Origin: a virus | Taxonomy: Duplodnaviria > Caudoviricetes | Virus record (IMG/VR): IMGVR_UViG_3300035492_000236 | Strand: one strand, 5' to 3' | Length of the DNA stretch: 64,000 nucleotides | In this document: positions 29,366 to 39,261 of the stretch, piece by piece | Layout: every line of letters starts with the position of its first letter | Numbering within the stretch: position 1 is the first letter of the stretch | Notes under the pieces: generated by a model | Seen by the model: only the letters and a program-made list of their open reading frames with translations | The model's database searches: none | Told to the model about the DNA's origin: nothing | Position numbers and translations under genes: made by a program

Positions 29366-30877
29366 ATGTCTAACGAAGAAGTGCAGCACACCCACCCTGC
29401 CAATCACGAACCGTTGCCGACCGAAGTCGAAAACACCCCGCCTGCTGAATCCGTCAATGTTGAGACGGCTGCATCGGGAACGGTGGACGACAGCGAGCCT
29501 GCACTGGCCGAAGTGGCGTATGAGCAGACCGCCCCTGCCGTTGAAGAAGGTGTCGCCAAAGGCAATCTCCAGTACCAGCCACAACTGACGTTCTACAACT
29601 ACGGCATGGAAGTGCTAACTAAATACACCCTTAATGCCGACATCGACACTGAAGTGGTCAGTAACTACACGCCGGAACTGATCCACACCGACAAGTTGAC
29701 CGAAGCAGACACGTACTGGTCGCAACACATTCGTCGTGAAGGTGGTGCGGTAATTGGACCCCGTCGTCCCAGACTGGCCTCTACCGGTGGTACCCTGACA
29801 GGCATGGCAGCCATCGAGTCAATTCGTCGGGTGGCTGGCGCTGGCGGCTCCCTGACCTACGAACTGGCCCATAGTGGCCTGGTAATCACAGTTACACCGG
29901 TCAAAGAAACCGAGATGATCGATTTCGAGTTTGATCTCACTCGTGCTGCCACTCAAGTTGGTCTGTCCACCACCGGTCTGCTGCTGAACGGGCGCAGTGG
30001 TGTGTTCAGTGAAGCCCTGGTGAACTTGGCGCTGGATCACATCACCTCGTGTAACTTCAAGGAAGTGGGTACTAACTTCCGAGCACTTGCTGACTACATC
30101 GATCCGCTCGACTATGGTGCATTAATCTGGGGTATGTTGGCCACCACCTTGGCCAACGGCCATCCGTGGGAGTTTGCCTGCACCAACGGCGAATGTAAAC
30201 ATCGCCGGGAAGCGCTGGTGAACTTCTCACGGATGTTGTGGGTGAACCGCAATGGCCTGACCGAAAAACAGCAGAACATGCTGGTCAAGTTCAGTAACAA
30301 CATCACCGCCGCCCAACTGACTGAGTACCGTCAGGAGTTTACTGACAAGGCCGCCACCTACACCATGAGTACAGGGGTGATCGTCCACTGGCAACGGTCT
30401 ACTCTGGCCGAGTACCTGCGTCAAGCCAAAGAGTGGGTCTCTGCCATTGAGAAGCAGTACAACACGGCCATGACCAACTACTTTACTGAAGCGGAACGGC
30501 GCCGTTACCTCAATGGGCAAATCCAGGCCCGGCGGATGCACAAATACATTCACCAGGTCGGTAAGATCATGGTTCCGTCTGCGGTCGAGGGTGAGTATGA
30601 TGAGATCGTCGATCGCGATGCAATTCATGCGGTTCTGCTGGAGCTGACTGCCATTACTCCCGACATCCGTGAGTTTGAAACTGCTGCCGTGGACTACATC
30701 GAATCCAACACTGTACAAGTGGTCGGCTATCCTGGCGTGAAGTGTACCAAGTGTAACCATGTGCCGAAGGGCCGCGGTGGTGAATTCCGTAGTATCGTGC
30801 CGGTCGCGGTGGATCGGGTGTTTTTTACGTATGTTCAGCGGAAAACTTTGGCCTTGATGGATCTGGCGACCGTATAA
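29366..30877 (+). CDS. Conserved protein (phiKZ gp77-like); candidate tail/baseplate assembly chaperone
   Basis: 503 aa with two Cys pairs (CTNGEC, CTKCN) as in T4 gp26/gp51-type assembly factors (inference). Ends 51 nt after a T6 slippery run. Confidence 0.6.
   Translation: MSNEEVQHTHPANHEPLPTEVENTPPAESVNVETAASGTVDDSEPALAEVAYEQTAPAVEEGVAKGNLQYQPQLTFYNYGMEVLTKYTLNADIDTEVVSNYTPELIHTDKLTEADTYWSQHIRREGGAVIGPRRPRLASTGGTLTGMAAIESIRRVAGAGGSLTYELAHSGLVITVTPVKETEMIDFEFDLTRAATQVGLSTTGLLLNGRSGVFSEALVNLALDHITSCNFKEVGTNFRALADYIDPLDYGALIWGMLATTLANGHPWEFACTNGECKHRREALVNFSRMLWVNRNGLTEKQQNMLVKFSNNITAAQLTEYRQEFTDKAATYTMSTGVIVHWQRSTLAEYLRQAKEWVSAIEKQYNTAMTNYFTEAERRRYLNGQIQARRMHKYIHQVGKIMVPSAVEGEYDEIVDRDAIHAVLLELTAITPDIREFETAAVDYIESNTVQVVGYPGVKCTKCNHVPKGRGGEFRSIVPVAVDRVFFTYVQRKTLALMDLATV
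30819..30827 (+). promoter_or_regulatory. Candidate -1 programmed frameshift site GTG TTT TTT ACG
   Basis: Six consecutive T in Phe-Phe codons. The -1 frame is open from 30793 to 31272 with no ATG/GTG/TTG before 30925. Confidence 0.5.
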
Positions 30878-30924
30878 CTGCGGAAACGTTTTCTACACGT
30901 TGGGATAAGAATGGGCAAGACGCG

Positions 30925-31272
30925 GTGGCTGAACTGTTGGCCACCGATACTCACCAGGTCGAGGACGGCATTCAGTATACCGAGAGTTTGCGCTACTTGC
31001 GTGAAGCTTATGACGAAAACTTCCGGCTGGAAACCGGTCCAACCGGGGTGGAGATGTGTGACAGTGAGCACGCGACCCGCGGGTCGCTGTTTGAATACTG
31101 GATGGGTAAGTTCGTACAGTTTCAAATCGCAACGTTATTCAACATCTCCTTGAACGAGTACCTAGACCAACCACGGTTTCGCATACAGGCAATGAACCGC
31201 ATCGCTGAACAAGACAGTCACAGTGAGGTGGCAACTGCCAATCGGCTAGCTAGCCAGCTCGGTAAGAAGTGA
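30925..31272 (+). CDS. Small protein, or C-terminal extension of the gp77-like protein via -1 frameshift
   Basis: GTG start with no clear RBS; the frame extends upstream to 30793. FNISLNEYLDQPRF resembles the C-terminal T-domain of tail assembly chaperones (inference). Confidence 0.65.
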   Translation: MAELLATDTHQVEDGIQYTESLRYLREAYDENFRLETGPTGVEMCDSEHATRGSLFEYWMGKFVQFQIATLFNISLNEYLDQPRFRIQAMNRIAEQDSHSEVATANRLASQLGKK

Positions 31273-31288
31273 CAAACAAGCGGACATC

Positions 31289-31320
31289 AGGTATGGGCCT
31301 AAGCCCATACCTACTTTTTT
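31289..31320. terminator. Terminator between convergent genes
   Basis: Stem AGGTATGGGC/GCCCATACCT followed by a T-run. Confidence 0.8.
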
Positions 31321-31325
31321 GTGCA

Positions 31326-32636
31326 TTAAACGTTACCTGTATTTGTTCGGGGGAATTGTCTATCACTACCCCAAATAATTCTCACCGCACCAGCGCCATG
31401 ACCGACATATGTAAATGCAGTAGTGTATCCACTTCTGAATCTAACACCACCAGCGCCAAATTTAACTTTTATTGGGGAGCTACCTGCTGTTCCCTCTTTA
31501 CCGCCCGAACCATCACTCTTAGGTTTTGGGCCACCAACCCCGCTGCTTCCAGCCCCAAGGATGCCAACACCGCCGCCACAATACGGTGGGTAATAATACC
31601 GATCATTCCTGTAGCTTGGTTGATATATGGCGCCCGCAGAACCACCACCGCCACCGGCGCCACTACTTGAAGTACCAGCAGTGCCAACAACAGTAGAACC
31701 CAATGAAGTAGGATCCTGGACACCATGACCACCGTATCCACCATTTCCGTAATAACCGCCAGCACCGCCGCCACCGCCACCGCTGTCCCGGTTTATTCCG
31801 CCCTGACCGCCGTCACCACCGCCACATTCTTGATGACCGATAGGCCAAGTTGTAGATAGCAATGTTACTGTGCCGTTCGAAATAGAACTATTTCTCTTAG
31901 CGTTATCGCTGCTAGCTGCCCCGGAAACTATAGTAAGTACCTCACCTGGAGTCACTGGGATGTCGTTACGCCAGCGCAAATTACCGCCGTATCCACCATT
32001 CCCGTTATTGGAACTTGACGCCACCTGCCCGCCGGCAACTACAACCGCACTAATCAAATGGCAACCGTCGGGCACTGTCCATTTAAGAGTGCCAACGGTT
32101 GTGAATTCAATCTGCCCAGGAAGTATCGACGGTGGCACCTCGAACCCGTTTAACTCTCGATAAGCTATCCGCGAATCAAGCGATAGTTCAACAACTATGG
32201 GTACGCTACCCTTGAAAGCCGTGTTGTTGCTTTTTGCGGCAAATTGCAAACTACCATCGATAGTAACCACAACATAATAGCTCTGGTCAGTATATAAATT
32301 GTACTTACGAGTAATCTCCTGCATGATAAGGTCAGGGTCAATACTCCCGTCTTCTTTAACGTCGACTTCACGAATTTTTACCATTACCTCGCTGAATAAA
32401 GTTGCCAAATCGATACGATTAAAATAAATCGTTGCGTAAGGAACATCTAGCCCCTCCACGACGCCTACTCTACGTACTCGTAATTCGGTGTTAAATTGAT
32501 CCCCTATCGACGTTATGACGGGGAGGTTCTCACCTACCACCAATTCGGTTTCGCTAAAGTCGGTCTGGTTAAAGTAGTTAAAGAGCTCCCTAACCAACAC
32601 ATTGGGATGTTTACTTAGATCAACGTTGTATTGCAT
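31326..32636 (-). CDS. Tail fibre/tip-like virion protein with glycine-rich C-terminal domain
   Basis: 436 aa. N-terminal ~165 aa domain (YATIYFNRIDLATLF) typical of phiKZ-family tail-associated paralogues. C-terminal Gly-rich domain (VVVAGG...GGGGGGAGG...GAGAVRIIWG). Visibly more AT-rich than its neighbours. Confidence 0.7.
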   Translation of the reverse strand: MQYNVDLSKHPNVLVRELFNYFNQTDFSETELVVGENLPVITSIGDQFNTELRVRRVGVVEGLDVPYATIYFNRIDLATLFSEVMVKIREVDVKEDGSIDPDLIMQEITRKYNLYTDQSYYVVVTIDGSLQFAAKSNNTAFKGSVPIVVELSLDSRIAYRELNGFEVPPSILPGQIEFTTVGTLKWTVPDGCHLISAVVVAGGQVASSSNNGNGGYGGNLRWRNDIPVTPGEVLTIVSGAASSDNAKRNSSISNGTVTLLSTTWPIGHQECGGGDGGQGGINRDSGGGGGGAGGYYGNGGYGGHGVQDPTSLGSTVVGTAGTSSSGAGGGGGSAGAIYQPSYRNDRYYYPPYCGGGVGILGAGSSGVGGPKPKSDGSGGKEGTAGSSPIKVKFGAGGVRFRSGYTTAFTYVGHGAGAVRIIWGSDRQFPRTNTGNV

Positions 32637-32665
32637 TTTTTTGTCCTTTATCGTATACCGGTAAG

Positions 32666-32694
32666 AAAAAAAAAAAGAAGGGCCGAAGCCCTTC
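32666..32694 (-). terminator. Intrinsic terminator with cUUCGg loop
   Basis: Minus strand GAAGGGC-TTCG-GCCCTTC followed by an 11-nt T-run. Confidence 0.85.
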
Positions 32695-32696
32695 GA

Positions 32697-33053
32697 TTAA
32701 GTGCGGAGCTTCAAGGTCACCCACGGATACCATTTGTCCGAAAACGTCCTGTAAGCGATGTTGTGCTCATCCGGTTGTTTAGGGTCATGATGCCACAGAG
32801 TCTTGACGTAACGCTCGTAGCCGGCCGTGCCGCGTATATTAGAGGCACGATTGACCTGCCACGTATACCCGCGCTGACGAAACCAGAACGTCGTGACCTG
32901 TTCACGTAGCGTAAGGAGGTGAAACGCCTTGTATTCATCCGACATCCCATCGACCAGCCGGTTGACGCCTGCCTCCACCGAGGGGTAGGCGTATAACACA
33001 GTGGCCAAGAACGTCGTCAGATCCATATTGCGGTATTGAATCGGTATCAGCAT
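32697..33053 (-). CDS. Hypothetical protein
   Basis: 118 aa, starts immediately after the helicase stop codon. Confidence 0.65.
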   Translation of the reverse strand: MLIPIQYRNMDLTTFLATVLYAYPSVEAGVNRLVDGMSDEYKAFHLLTLREQVTTFWFRQRGYTWQVNRASNIRGTAGYERYVKTLWHHDPKQPDEHNIAYRTFSDKWYPWVTLKLRT

Positions 33054-33054
33054 A

Positions 33055-34623
33055 TCAGATCCAGAATTGACTGTTGAGGGTTCGGAATGACTTCACCTTA
33101 CCTTGGAACATCTTCTGTCGTCGGTTAAGGTACACACTATGTTTCGCAATCTGCTTACAGTGGAAGTACACAACTCTTGGCGTCAAGTCCCAGTCCCGCA
33201 CTTTCCGTGTCCTACCCAACAACTGTAGGTTGGCCTTCTCCTTCCCCATCGCTACCGTACAGATACTGATAACCAGCCCTTTGATATCTACTGCGGTAGA
33301 AGACTTGCCTGGAGTGGACACGCCGATGTCCGCGTTCACGAACACGTCATAGTTATCCCCTTGGATGTAACGCTGCACATCCAACTCAGGGTGCAGTCCC
33401 TTAACGTAGTTGGTGAACTCAGTACACATTTTCTTGGTAGAGAAGAACACCAAACACCGCTGTCCGGGCTGACGCCCCTTGAGATACCAAGCGGCCATGA
33501 CATCATACACCATCTTGAAGTACGCCTGCTGAATCCGTTTCTTGCGCATGATGGCTTTTTCGAATTCAGTGTGGTTGTACATCTTCATCCGATTCATTCG
33601 GTTGATCAAGTCGACGTTTTCGGTATGGAAGTAGAGGGAGTATGCGTCGATGTACGCGTCGTATTCCAGGCCGTTGTACCTGGCTGCCTTAGGTACCCGC
33701 TCAGCATACCGGGCGTCCATGAACGCGTCACCTTCGTCACCTAAGGTGGCGGAGAGGTCCAGCACACGGGGGGCACCCAATAGCATAAACGACCAATAGT
33801 TCATACGGAACAGTTGGTGGGTCTCATCATAAAGAACCAACCCCACACCTAACGTCTTGAGCAAATCAGTGAAGTGGCAGCTCTTATCACGCTTGAGCGA
33901 CTCCTGAAGCCAGTTGTCTAACGTGTGGCTGGAGATGGCGATCATCTTCACTTCTCGCTCGCCGGGCGCCTTACCTAAGCGACCTGCCTCGCCAATGGCA
34001 ACGATGTTGTCAAAGTCCTGCAGGTTCTTGATACGTACTAGCTCCCCCGGACGAAGGGACAGTGAGAACTTTTTAGCTGTGAGGTCACCAATCCATTTTT
34101 CAATATATGCGGCTTTGGTGATGAATAGCACGCGCCGTTTTATATTGACAATGGTTTTCATTGCCATGGCTGTCTTCCCGAGACCCGTCTGGATCTCTAG
34201 GATGTTGTGATGGAACCCATCACGACTGGCATGTGGTACTATGTCATTCTGGTATACGAACGGTGAGTCCTCTGGCTCCACGATATTCAGGGTGTGTCGG
34301 TCAAACTCAACCACGTCACCGTCATGCGGCTCTACCTTACGCACAACGATGTCCATAGTCCGGGACACTCCCAGACGTTTTTTGATGTTGTCTAGCACGT
34401 TAATGAGTTGGTCATACAAAGCATCGATGTAGTAGTACCGATCAAATGCTTCCTCATACACAAAATAACGATCGCCTTCCACTGTCTCAATCTGTCCACG
34501 AGACGGGGCCAACTTCGGTTGGATCAAACTCTCGTTGTAAAACTCCAGTTCACGCTTCACGTCGTAGTCGGACGTGTCCACGCTAAACCCGCGTGGGTAA
34601 CGCGTAATCAAAACATCCGCCAT
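33055..34623 (-). CDS. Superfamily 2 (DExH) helicase (phiKZ gp75-like)
   Basis: Start reassigned to MADVLITRY (34623). Motifs: I QTGLGKT, II YDETH, III SAT, V STPGKSSTAVDI, VI QLLGRTR. Confidence 0.88.
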   Translation of the reverse strand: MADVLITRYPRGFSVDTSDYDVKRELEFYNESLIQPKLAPSRGQIETVEGDRYFVYEEAFDRYYYIDALYDQLINVLDNIKKRLGVSRTMDIVVRKVEPHDGDVVEFDRHTLNIVEPEDSPFVYQNDIVPHASRDGFHHNILEIQTGLGKTAMAMKTIVNIKRRVLFITKAAYIEKWIGDLTAKKFSLSLRPGELVRIKNLQDFDNIVAIGEAGRLGKAPGEREVKMIAISSHTLDNWLQESLKRDKSCHFTDLLKTLGVGLVLYDETHQLFRMNYWSFMLLGAPRVLDLSATLGDEGDAFMDARYAERVPKAARYNGLEYDAYIDAYSLYFHTENVDLINRMNRMKMYNHTEFEKAIMRKKRIQQAYFKMVYDVMAAWYLKGRQPGQRCLVFFSTKKMCTEFTNYVKGLHPELDVQRYIQGDNYDVFVNADIGVSTPGKSSTAVDIKGLVISICTVAMGKEKANLQLLGRTRKVRDWDLTPRVVYFHCKQIAKHSVYLNRRQKMFQGKVKSFRTLNSQFWI

Positions 34624-34675
34624 AGAAACTTTTTCCTTATTGATTCTTTTCAATGTGCACGATGCCGAGGACATT

Positions 34676-34703
34676 GAAAAAAAGACGGGGCAGTGCCCCG
34701 TCT
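34676..34703 (-). terminator. Intrinsic terminator
   Basis: Stem AGACGGGGC/GCCCCGTCT with an A-run on plus (U-tract on minus). Confidence 0.8.
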
Positions 34704-34710
34704 GGTTAAT

Positions 34711-36687
34711 TTACGGTTTGTCGTCACCAACAGGGATATAGATCAAGTCATCCATGATGCTCGGCAAGCGATTCTTGAGCAGGTAACTGTCAAGGTTATC
34801 ATAGATGTCCGCCTGACCCTCGTACAGCATAGCCACCGACAGACTGCGGTTGGCAATGATGTCATCGTGGGTTTGGAACGTTCCTTCATGGATCGATCCA
34901 GGCATGCTCCAATCGCCTCGAGTCTTATCTTTGACCCGTGTGGCGGCCAGAATAGTGGCGATGTGACCCAAGTACACCCCGTCCAACTTTTCCGAAATCA
35001 GGTAATAGGCATCATACAATGCTTTGTCTACTTCCTTATAACGGGTCAGCATGGTGACGCTTTCCTTGGTAATCACCTTAGATTCGCCCGCATACCGCGC
35101 CGAACGAATGAACCGTTCCACCCGGTCACCAAACTCGGACATGTTCTCGTGTTTATGTGGGTACACAAACAACGGATTGCGCCCCTTCCAGCCGTCGATG
35201 TCGATGTAGTAGAACTGATCGTCTTCACGCCAGCCGTTACGTTTGGCATGCTTTAACAACGCAGGTGACAACGACGCCCGCGTCGAGTACTTCACCATGT
35301 CAAAGTCAGCGCCGTCATGCAACACCCCATTCGCATCCTTACGGTAGAAGCCGGCGTACTGCAATGCACTAACCCGTGCCAGGTTTATGTGGTCGATGTC
35401 GGACACATAGTTCACGTCTACCAGTCTGGGTGCCTCTTCCTTCAGAATGCGCAGGGTGATACTTTCCCCTTCGCGTGCCTCAGCCAGGAACAACTGATCA
35501 GGACGTTTCTCCTCCGTGCGCAGGAACGCCTCCTCACTGCGTCGCAGTCGCGCAATAAACGCGTGGATGATGAAATCCAAGTGCTTGGTGGAGATGATCA
35601 GCTGAGTAATCACCTTGTTGATGGCGGTGCAGCTCACATGGCCCGGATTGGTGTCGTGGGGGATGGCGTACGCCACGTCTCCATAACACGACTCACACAC
35701 CCCCTGCTTGGGCAACAGCCGGCACGTTGCCGTGGTGAAGAAGCTGATGTCCTTACCAATGAGGTGGGTGTCTTCCGGGTGGATCGTACGCTTCTTTCCT
35801 TTATCGTCGAGGTAAGTCAGTCCGACCATCGAACGGAACAACTCCTCACCAACATTATAGAAGACATGCGGTTCGGTAGACCCACAGTCCCCCTTGTAGA
35901 TTTTGCGCACGTATGCAATGACGAACTGCAATTTACGGTTGAAATACTCAGCTGCCGCCACCGGGTCTTTGTTGAACAACAGTGCCTTGGCCGCTGAGCG
36001 CGACTCTTTGGCAAAGTCAGTGATGTCGGTAAAGCCCATGGCAAAGCCACGACGCACCGGGTTACGGTAAATAACCGAGTCGATGTCAGTGACCCGACCA
36101 CGCGGACCGAACGACGGCAACATCTGGTTCATCTTCACGGTCTTGTATTCCACCGCCCGCACGATCGGGTTATGGGGATACTTGCCCGATTTGAATACCC
36201 GCTTGATGGTATCGTACGCCCGGTCAACCGTGGCCAGCGCCGGGGTAACTTGCCGGTTCGCTTCCATGATCTCGGGATCATCCAGGATCTCCAGGATCGC
36301 TTCGCCGTCCGTACTCGAGATGTGATCCATGGTCCGAGTAACGAGTGCGTTATACAACCCATTGTAGCATTCCGAATACGCCAGCAGCCAGATGTCTTCC
36401 TTGTCAATGTGGTCAAACTGGCGAGTGGATTGGATGGCCCGGTTGAGGATGTCCTGGAATACGTCGTCGGTCAAGGCCCGCCCATTCAAGAACAAGTCGC
36501 TAGTGAGGGGAATCTCATGGTAGTGCGTAGTCAGCTGCCAGAAATACCAACTGACGGGAATATCAGCAATATCCACTTCTTCGAGTGTGGTATCATCAAA
36601 CACCAGGTGACAACTCTCATCCAGTTCGAGACCCCATATCTCGTCTTCCGTGTAGTCCAGTAAATCACGGGCGTGGTAAGTGATCAT
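34711..36687 (-). CDS. rpoC: Non-virion RNA polymerase beta-prime C-terminal subunit (phiKZ gp74-like)
   Basis: 658 aa. ESRSAAKALLFNK...AAAEYFNRK (bridge helix), DCGS and TCR...CESCYG (Zn site), TQLIISTKH (trigger loop). Confidence 0.88.
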   Translation of the reverse strand: MITYHARDLLDYTEDEIWGLELDESCHLVFDDTTLEEVDIADIPVSWYFWQLTTHYHEIPLTSDLFLNGRALTDDVFQDILNRAIQSTRQFDHIDKEDIWLLAYSECYNGLYNALVTRTMDHISSTDGEAILEILDDPEIMEANRQVTPALATVDRAYDTIKRVFKSGKYPHNPIVRAVEYKTVKMNQMLPSFGPRGRVTDIDSVIYRNPVRRGFAMGFTDITDFAKESRSAAKALLFNKDPVAAAEYFNRKLQFVIAYVRKIYKGDCGSTEPHVFYNVGEELFRSMVGLTYLDDKGKKRTIHPEDTHLIGKDISFFTTATCRLLPKQGVCESCYGDVAYAIPHDTNPGHVSCTAINKVITQLIISTKHLDFIIHAFIARLRRSEEAFLRTEEKRPDQLFLAEAREGESITLRILKEEAPRLVDVNYVSDIDHINLARVSALQYAGFYRKDANGVLHDGADFDMVKYSTRASLSPALLKHAKRNGWREDDQFYYIDIDGWKGRNPLFVYPHKHENMSEFGDRVERFIRSARYAGESKVITKESVTMLTRYKEVDKALYDAYYLISEKLDGVYLGHIATILAATRVKDKTRGDWSMPGSIHEGTFQTHDDIIANRSLSVAMLYEGQADIYDNLDSYLLKNRLPSIMDDLIYIPVGDDKP

Positions 36688-38819
36688 CGTGTTTCCTCTT
36701 GATCCATCAGGTAGTTAGTGGCCTGCCGGCGAGTGGTGAATTTCTGCCCGTCGCATGCCATGATGTGGCGCAAGATTTCCATTGAGCGGTTATGGCCCAG
36801 CGGGAACTTCCCACGGTCGATGACCACGTCGAGGTTCATTGGCACTTCCGCCATCAGGATGTTGCGCACAATCTCCCCAGCTTCCACCGGGTTATTTGCC
36901 CGACTGTGGATTTCCGCACAGACATTATCCCCCACGTAGGCTTCCAGGTGTCGGGCTTCCGACTCACCCATGAACTTGATCGGGTTTTCGCTAACTGGTC
37001 GACGGTTCTTGTCCGCGCTGTGACGCTTGGCAATCGTGCCAAAGCTTTGGAACTTGCCCGCACTGACTGCGGAGAATTCGCGACCGGTTTTGTCCAATCG
37101 GATCATGTACAACTCGCCGACGATGAACGATTCTTTGGTACGAATCATTTCACCAGACGGGCCACGGAAGGTCAACGGTGAACGCACCGGCGGGTAATCC
37201 CGTTTGATGTTGCGCATCACCTCATCCATCGGAATGGGGTTACTGGATGGCACCCACAGTCGAAGGTCTTCTTCACGCAGGTCCTCGATGAACTCTACGA
37301 TCTTGTCTATCGTCTGATGGGTATGTGCTACCGCATTTGCCCAGATCGGATTAACGGCATTCAGGAACCCAATCAAGTACTCCCACGCCACCTCTGGACC
37401 ATCGGACTCGTACATCTCCATTGTGCGCTTCTGCACATCGCGACGCGCAGCATTCACGTAATGCTCAAAGCCTCGGTTGAAGTTGGTTCGCCGCAACATG
37501 GCGTTCTCAGACATCATGATGTCGACGCGGTTTCCGTAATCATCCACCGGCATGTCTTCATCATCCACCACCATGCAGACGATGCCTTTACCTCCCATGG
37601 TGTCAGTGATTTTACCAGACATGGCCAGCGGGATGGGGTACTTGACAGTGATCTCGATACGGTAGTTATCGATCATGTCGTAGTTGAACTGCTTAACCCG
37701 TCGAGGCTCTCCTGGAATCACCGCATCCGGTTTGTCAGCGATGGCCATCCGCACAGCCTGACGTGCCCGTGGAGTGAGTGGTACTTGTCGACCGCGACGT
37801 CCCAACTCCTTGCGCTGTTCGTTATAGAACAGGCGGATCTCCTCCTGGTATTTGGACAGCGCCTCGGCATACTCGTCACAGATCTCTTGCATGCCGGCTG
37901 GCGTGGCCATCTTCGAGCTCGGCAACCGTCGACCTTCCGCATCACGTTCCCTCGGCTTAGTGTCGTCGCGATGGATTTTGATATCCACCACCACGCTCTC
38001 CGGATCCACGAATGTGCAGATATCGTAGTGGCCGCAAGGCGTGGAGATCGCCCCCACAGACATTTCCACTGCGGCCAGTAGGGGATCGTACGGACGTTTA
38101 GCAAACAAAATACCGTCGTCGCGTATCTTCTCCCCTACTTTTGGAAACATCCGCCGATCATCACCTTCGCCGTAGATCATCAGAGGGTATTCTTTCTTGC
38201 CAACATCCATGGTAAAAGTTTTGTAGCCGTACGTCAGCATCTTCTCGGCGAAGCTACGAGAGATCAGGCACGAGTCCTCAATCACCATGGGATGCGACAC
38301 CAAAATGGCGTTCGCGTGAACCCCTACCGACCATTCCCCCTCGATGACCGATGGCGTTTCTGCCAGTACGGTGCCCTTCTTCAGCACCATTCCAGGCTTT
38401 AACTTGCGACCAATGTCAGTCAACTCCAGATTGTAACCAAAAGTTTGGTGGTTGGACATGTATTTCGGAATGATGATGATGTCAATTTCCGAACGGCCGC
38501 CGTCGGGATTGATGAGCTCAACAAACACCGTGGTTTCCATGGGTGTACGCAAACCAGGCCGTTCTACCCGTTCAATGGTTCGCAGTACCCGGCAAGTGTG
38601 CTCCACCACCACGTTGAACATGTAATTGGCGTAGTCGCGCTCAGGACCTGCGAAGATCTTGCGCAGCTCCGCCCCTACGCACTGCACCGTCTGCGGGTAG
38701 TGGGTGCCCTGCATGGCCACCCGTGCGCCAGACGAACCCTGCGGAAAGATCTGCAAGTTCGTTGTACATCCAACATAGTCCAGCCGGATTGAGCCGGGCT
38801 TGAGGTTGTTAATTTGCAT
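36684..38819 (-). CDS. rpoB: Non-virion RNA polymerase beta C-terminal subunit (phiKZ gp71-73-like), uninterrupted
   Basis: 711 aa. Motifs SSGARVAMQGTH, IEDSCLIS, GKITDTMGGKG, GELYMIRLDK, PIKFMGESE. Confidence 0.92.
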   Translation of the reverse strand: MQINNLKPGSIRLDYVGCTTNLQIFPQGSSGARVAMQGTHYPQTVQCVGAELRKIFAGPERDYANYMFNVVVEHTCRVLRTIERVERPGLRTPMETTVFVELINPDGGRSEIDIIIIPKYMSNHQTFGYNLELTDIGRKLKPGMVLKKGTVLAETPSVIEGEWSVGVHANAILVSHPMVIEDSCLISRSFAEKMLTYGYKTFTMDVGKKEYPLMIYGEGDDRRMFPKVGEKIRDDGILFAKRPYDPLLAAVEMSVGAISTPCGHYDICTFVDPESVVVDIKIHRDDTKPRERDAEGRRLPSSKMATPAGMQEICDEYAEALSKYQEEIRLFYNEQRKELGRRGRQVPLTPRARQAVRMAIADKPDAVIPGEPRRVKQFNYDMIDNYRIEITVKYPIPLAMSGKITDTMGGKGIVCMVVDDEDMPVDDYGNRVDIMMSENAMLRRTNFNRGFEHYVNAARRDVQKRTMEMYESDGPEVAWEYLIGFLNAVNPIWANAVAHTHQTIDKIVEFIEDLREEDLRLWVPSSNPIPMDEVMRNIKRDYPPVRSPLTFRGPSGEMIRTKESFIVGELYMIRLDKTGREFSAVSAGKFQSFGTIAKRHSADKNRRPVSENPIKFMGESEARHLEAYVGDNVCAEIHSRANNPVEAGEIVRNILMAEVPMNLDVVIDRGKFPLGHNRSMEILRHIMACDGQKFTTRRQATNYLMDQEETR

Positions 38820-38851
38820 CCTATGATCTCCTAGGTATAGAACTTCGTGGA

Positions 38852-38864
38852 GATAAAATATATC
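38852..38864 (-). promoter_or_regulatory. Candidate early promoter GATATATTTTATC
   Basis: 33 nt upstream of the nvRNAP beta subunit start; identical to the copy at 59724-59736. Confidence 0.6.
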
Positions 38865-38878
38865 CCACTTTTATTGGA

Positions 38879-39214
38879 GTGTTTTTTATGTCGCCGCTCT
38901 CTCGACTGGTCACGTACAAGCCACATCGGAGTCAAACGGACGTTGCTATCCGTCGGCTACTTGGCACGCACTATCATTATCTAAAGACGCATCCCGACAC
39001 ACGAAGAATGGTGGTCGATCATGAAAAGGCTGCCCCGTTCTATTATAACCTGTTCGCGTACTTACACAACGTTGGCATTGCGCGCGAGGTGCACTACTGT
39101 GTCATGTTGCTGTCGGACCTAATGAATCCCGAACAGTTCGACAGCAGCACGATGGAATTGGTGATTCCGGACTTGGTGTTGGTGGAAACCATCATCGCAG
39201 AAGCAGGTTTGTGA
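38879..39214 (+). CDS. Small conserved protein, possibly LysM/gp53-like baseplate component
   Basis: 111 aa, RBS GGAG, opposite orientation to its flanks. VMLLSDLMNPEQF...ELVIPD resembles the LysM-type wedge pattern (inference). Confidence 0.5.
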   Translation: MFFMSPLSRLVTYKPHRSQTDVAIRRLLGTHYHYLKTHPDTRRMVVDHEKAAPFYYNLFAYLHNVGIAREVHYCVMLLSDLMNPEQFDSSTMELVIPDLVLVETIIAEAGL

Positions 39215-39250
39215 TAAAAAAAGAGGGCCCAAGGCCCTCGTTTTTTTTTT
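39215..39250. terminator. Bidirectional terminator
   Basis: A7-GAGGGC-loop-GCCCTC-G-T10 between convergent genes. Confidence 0.8.
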
Positions 39251-39261
39251 ATTTGTGTTGA

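Noticed and set aside
30911-31153. 80 aa ORF continuing in the gp77-like frame after TAA (readthrough candidate)
   Set aside because: The translation does not look protein-like; the -1 frame is longer and has family-like features.
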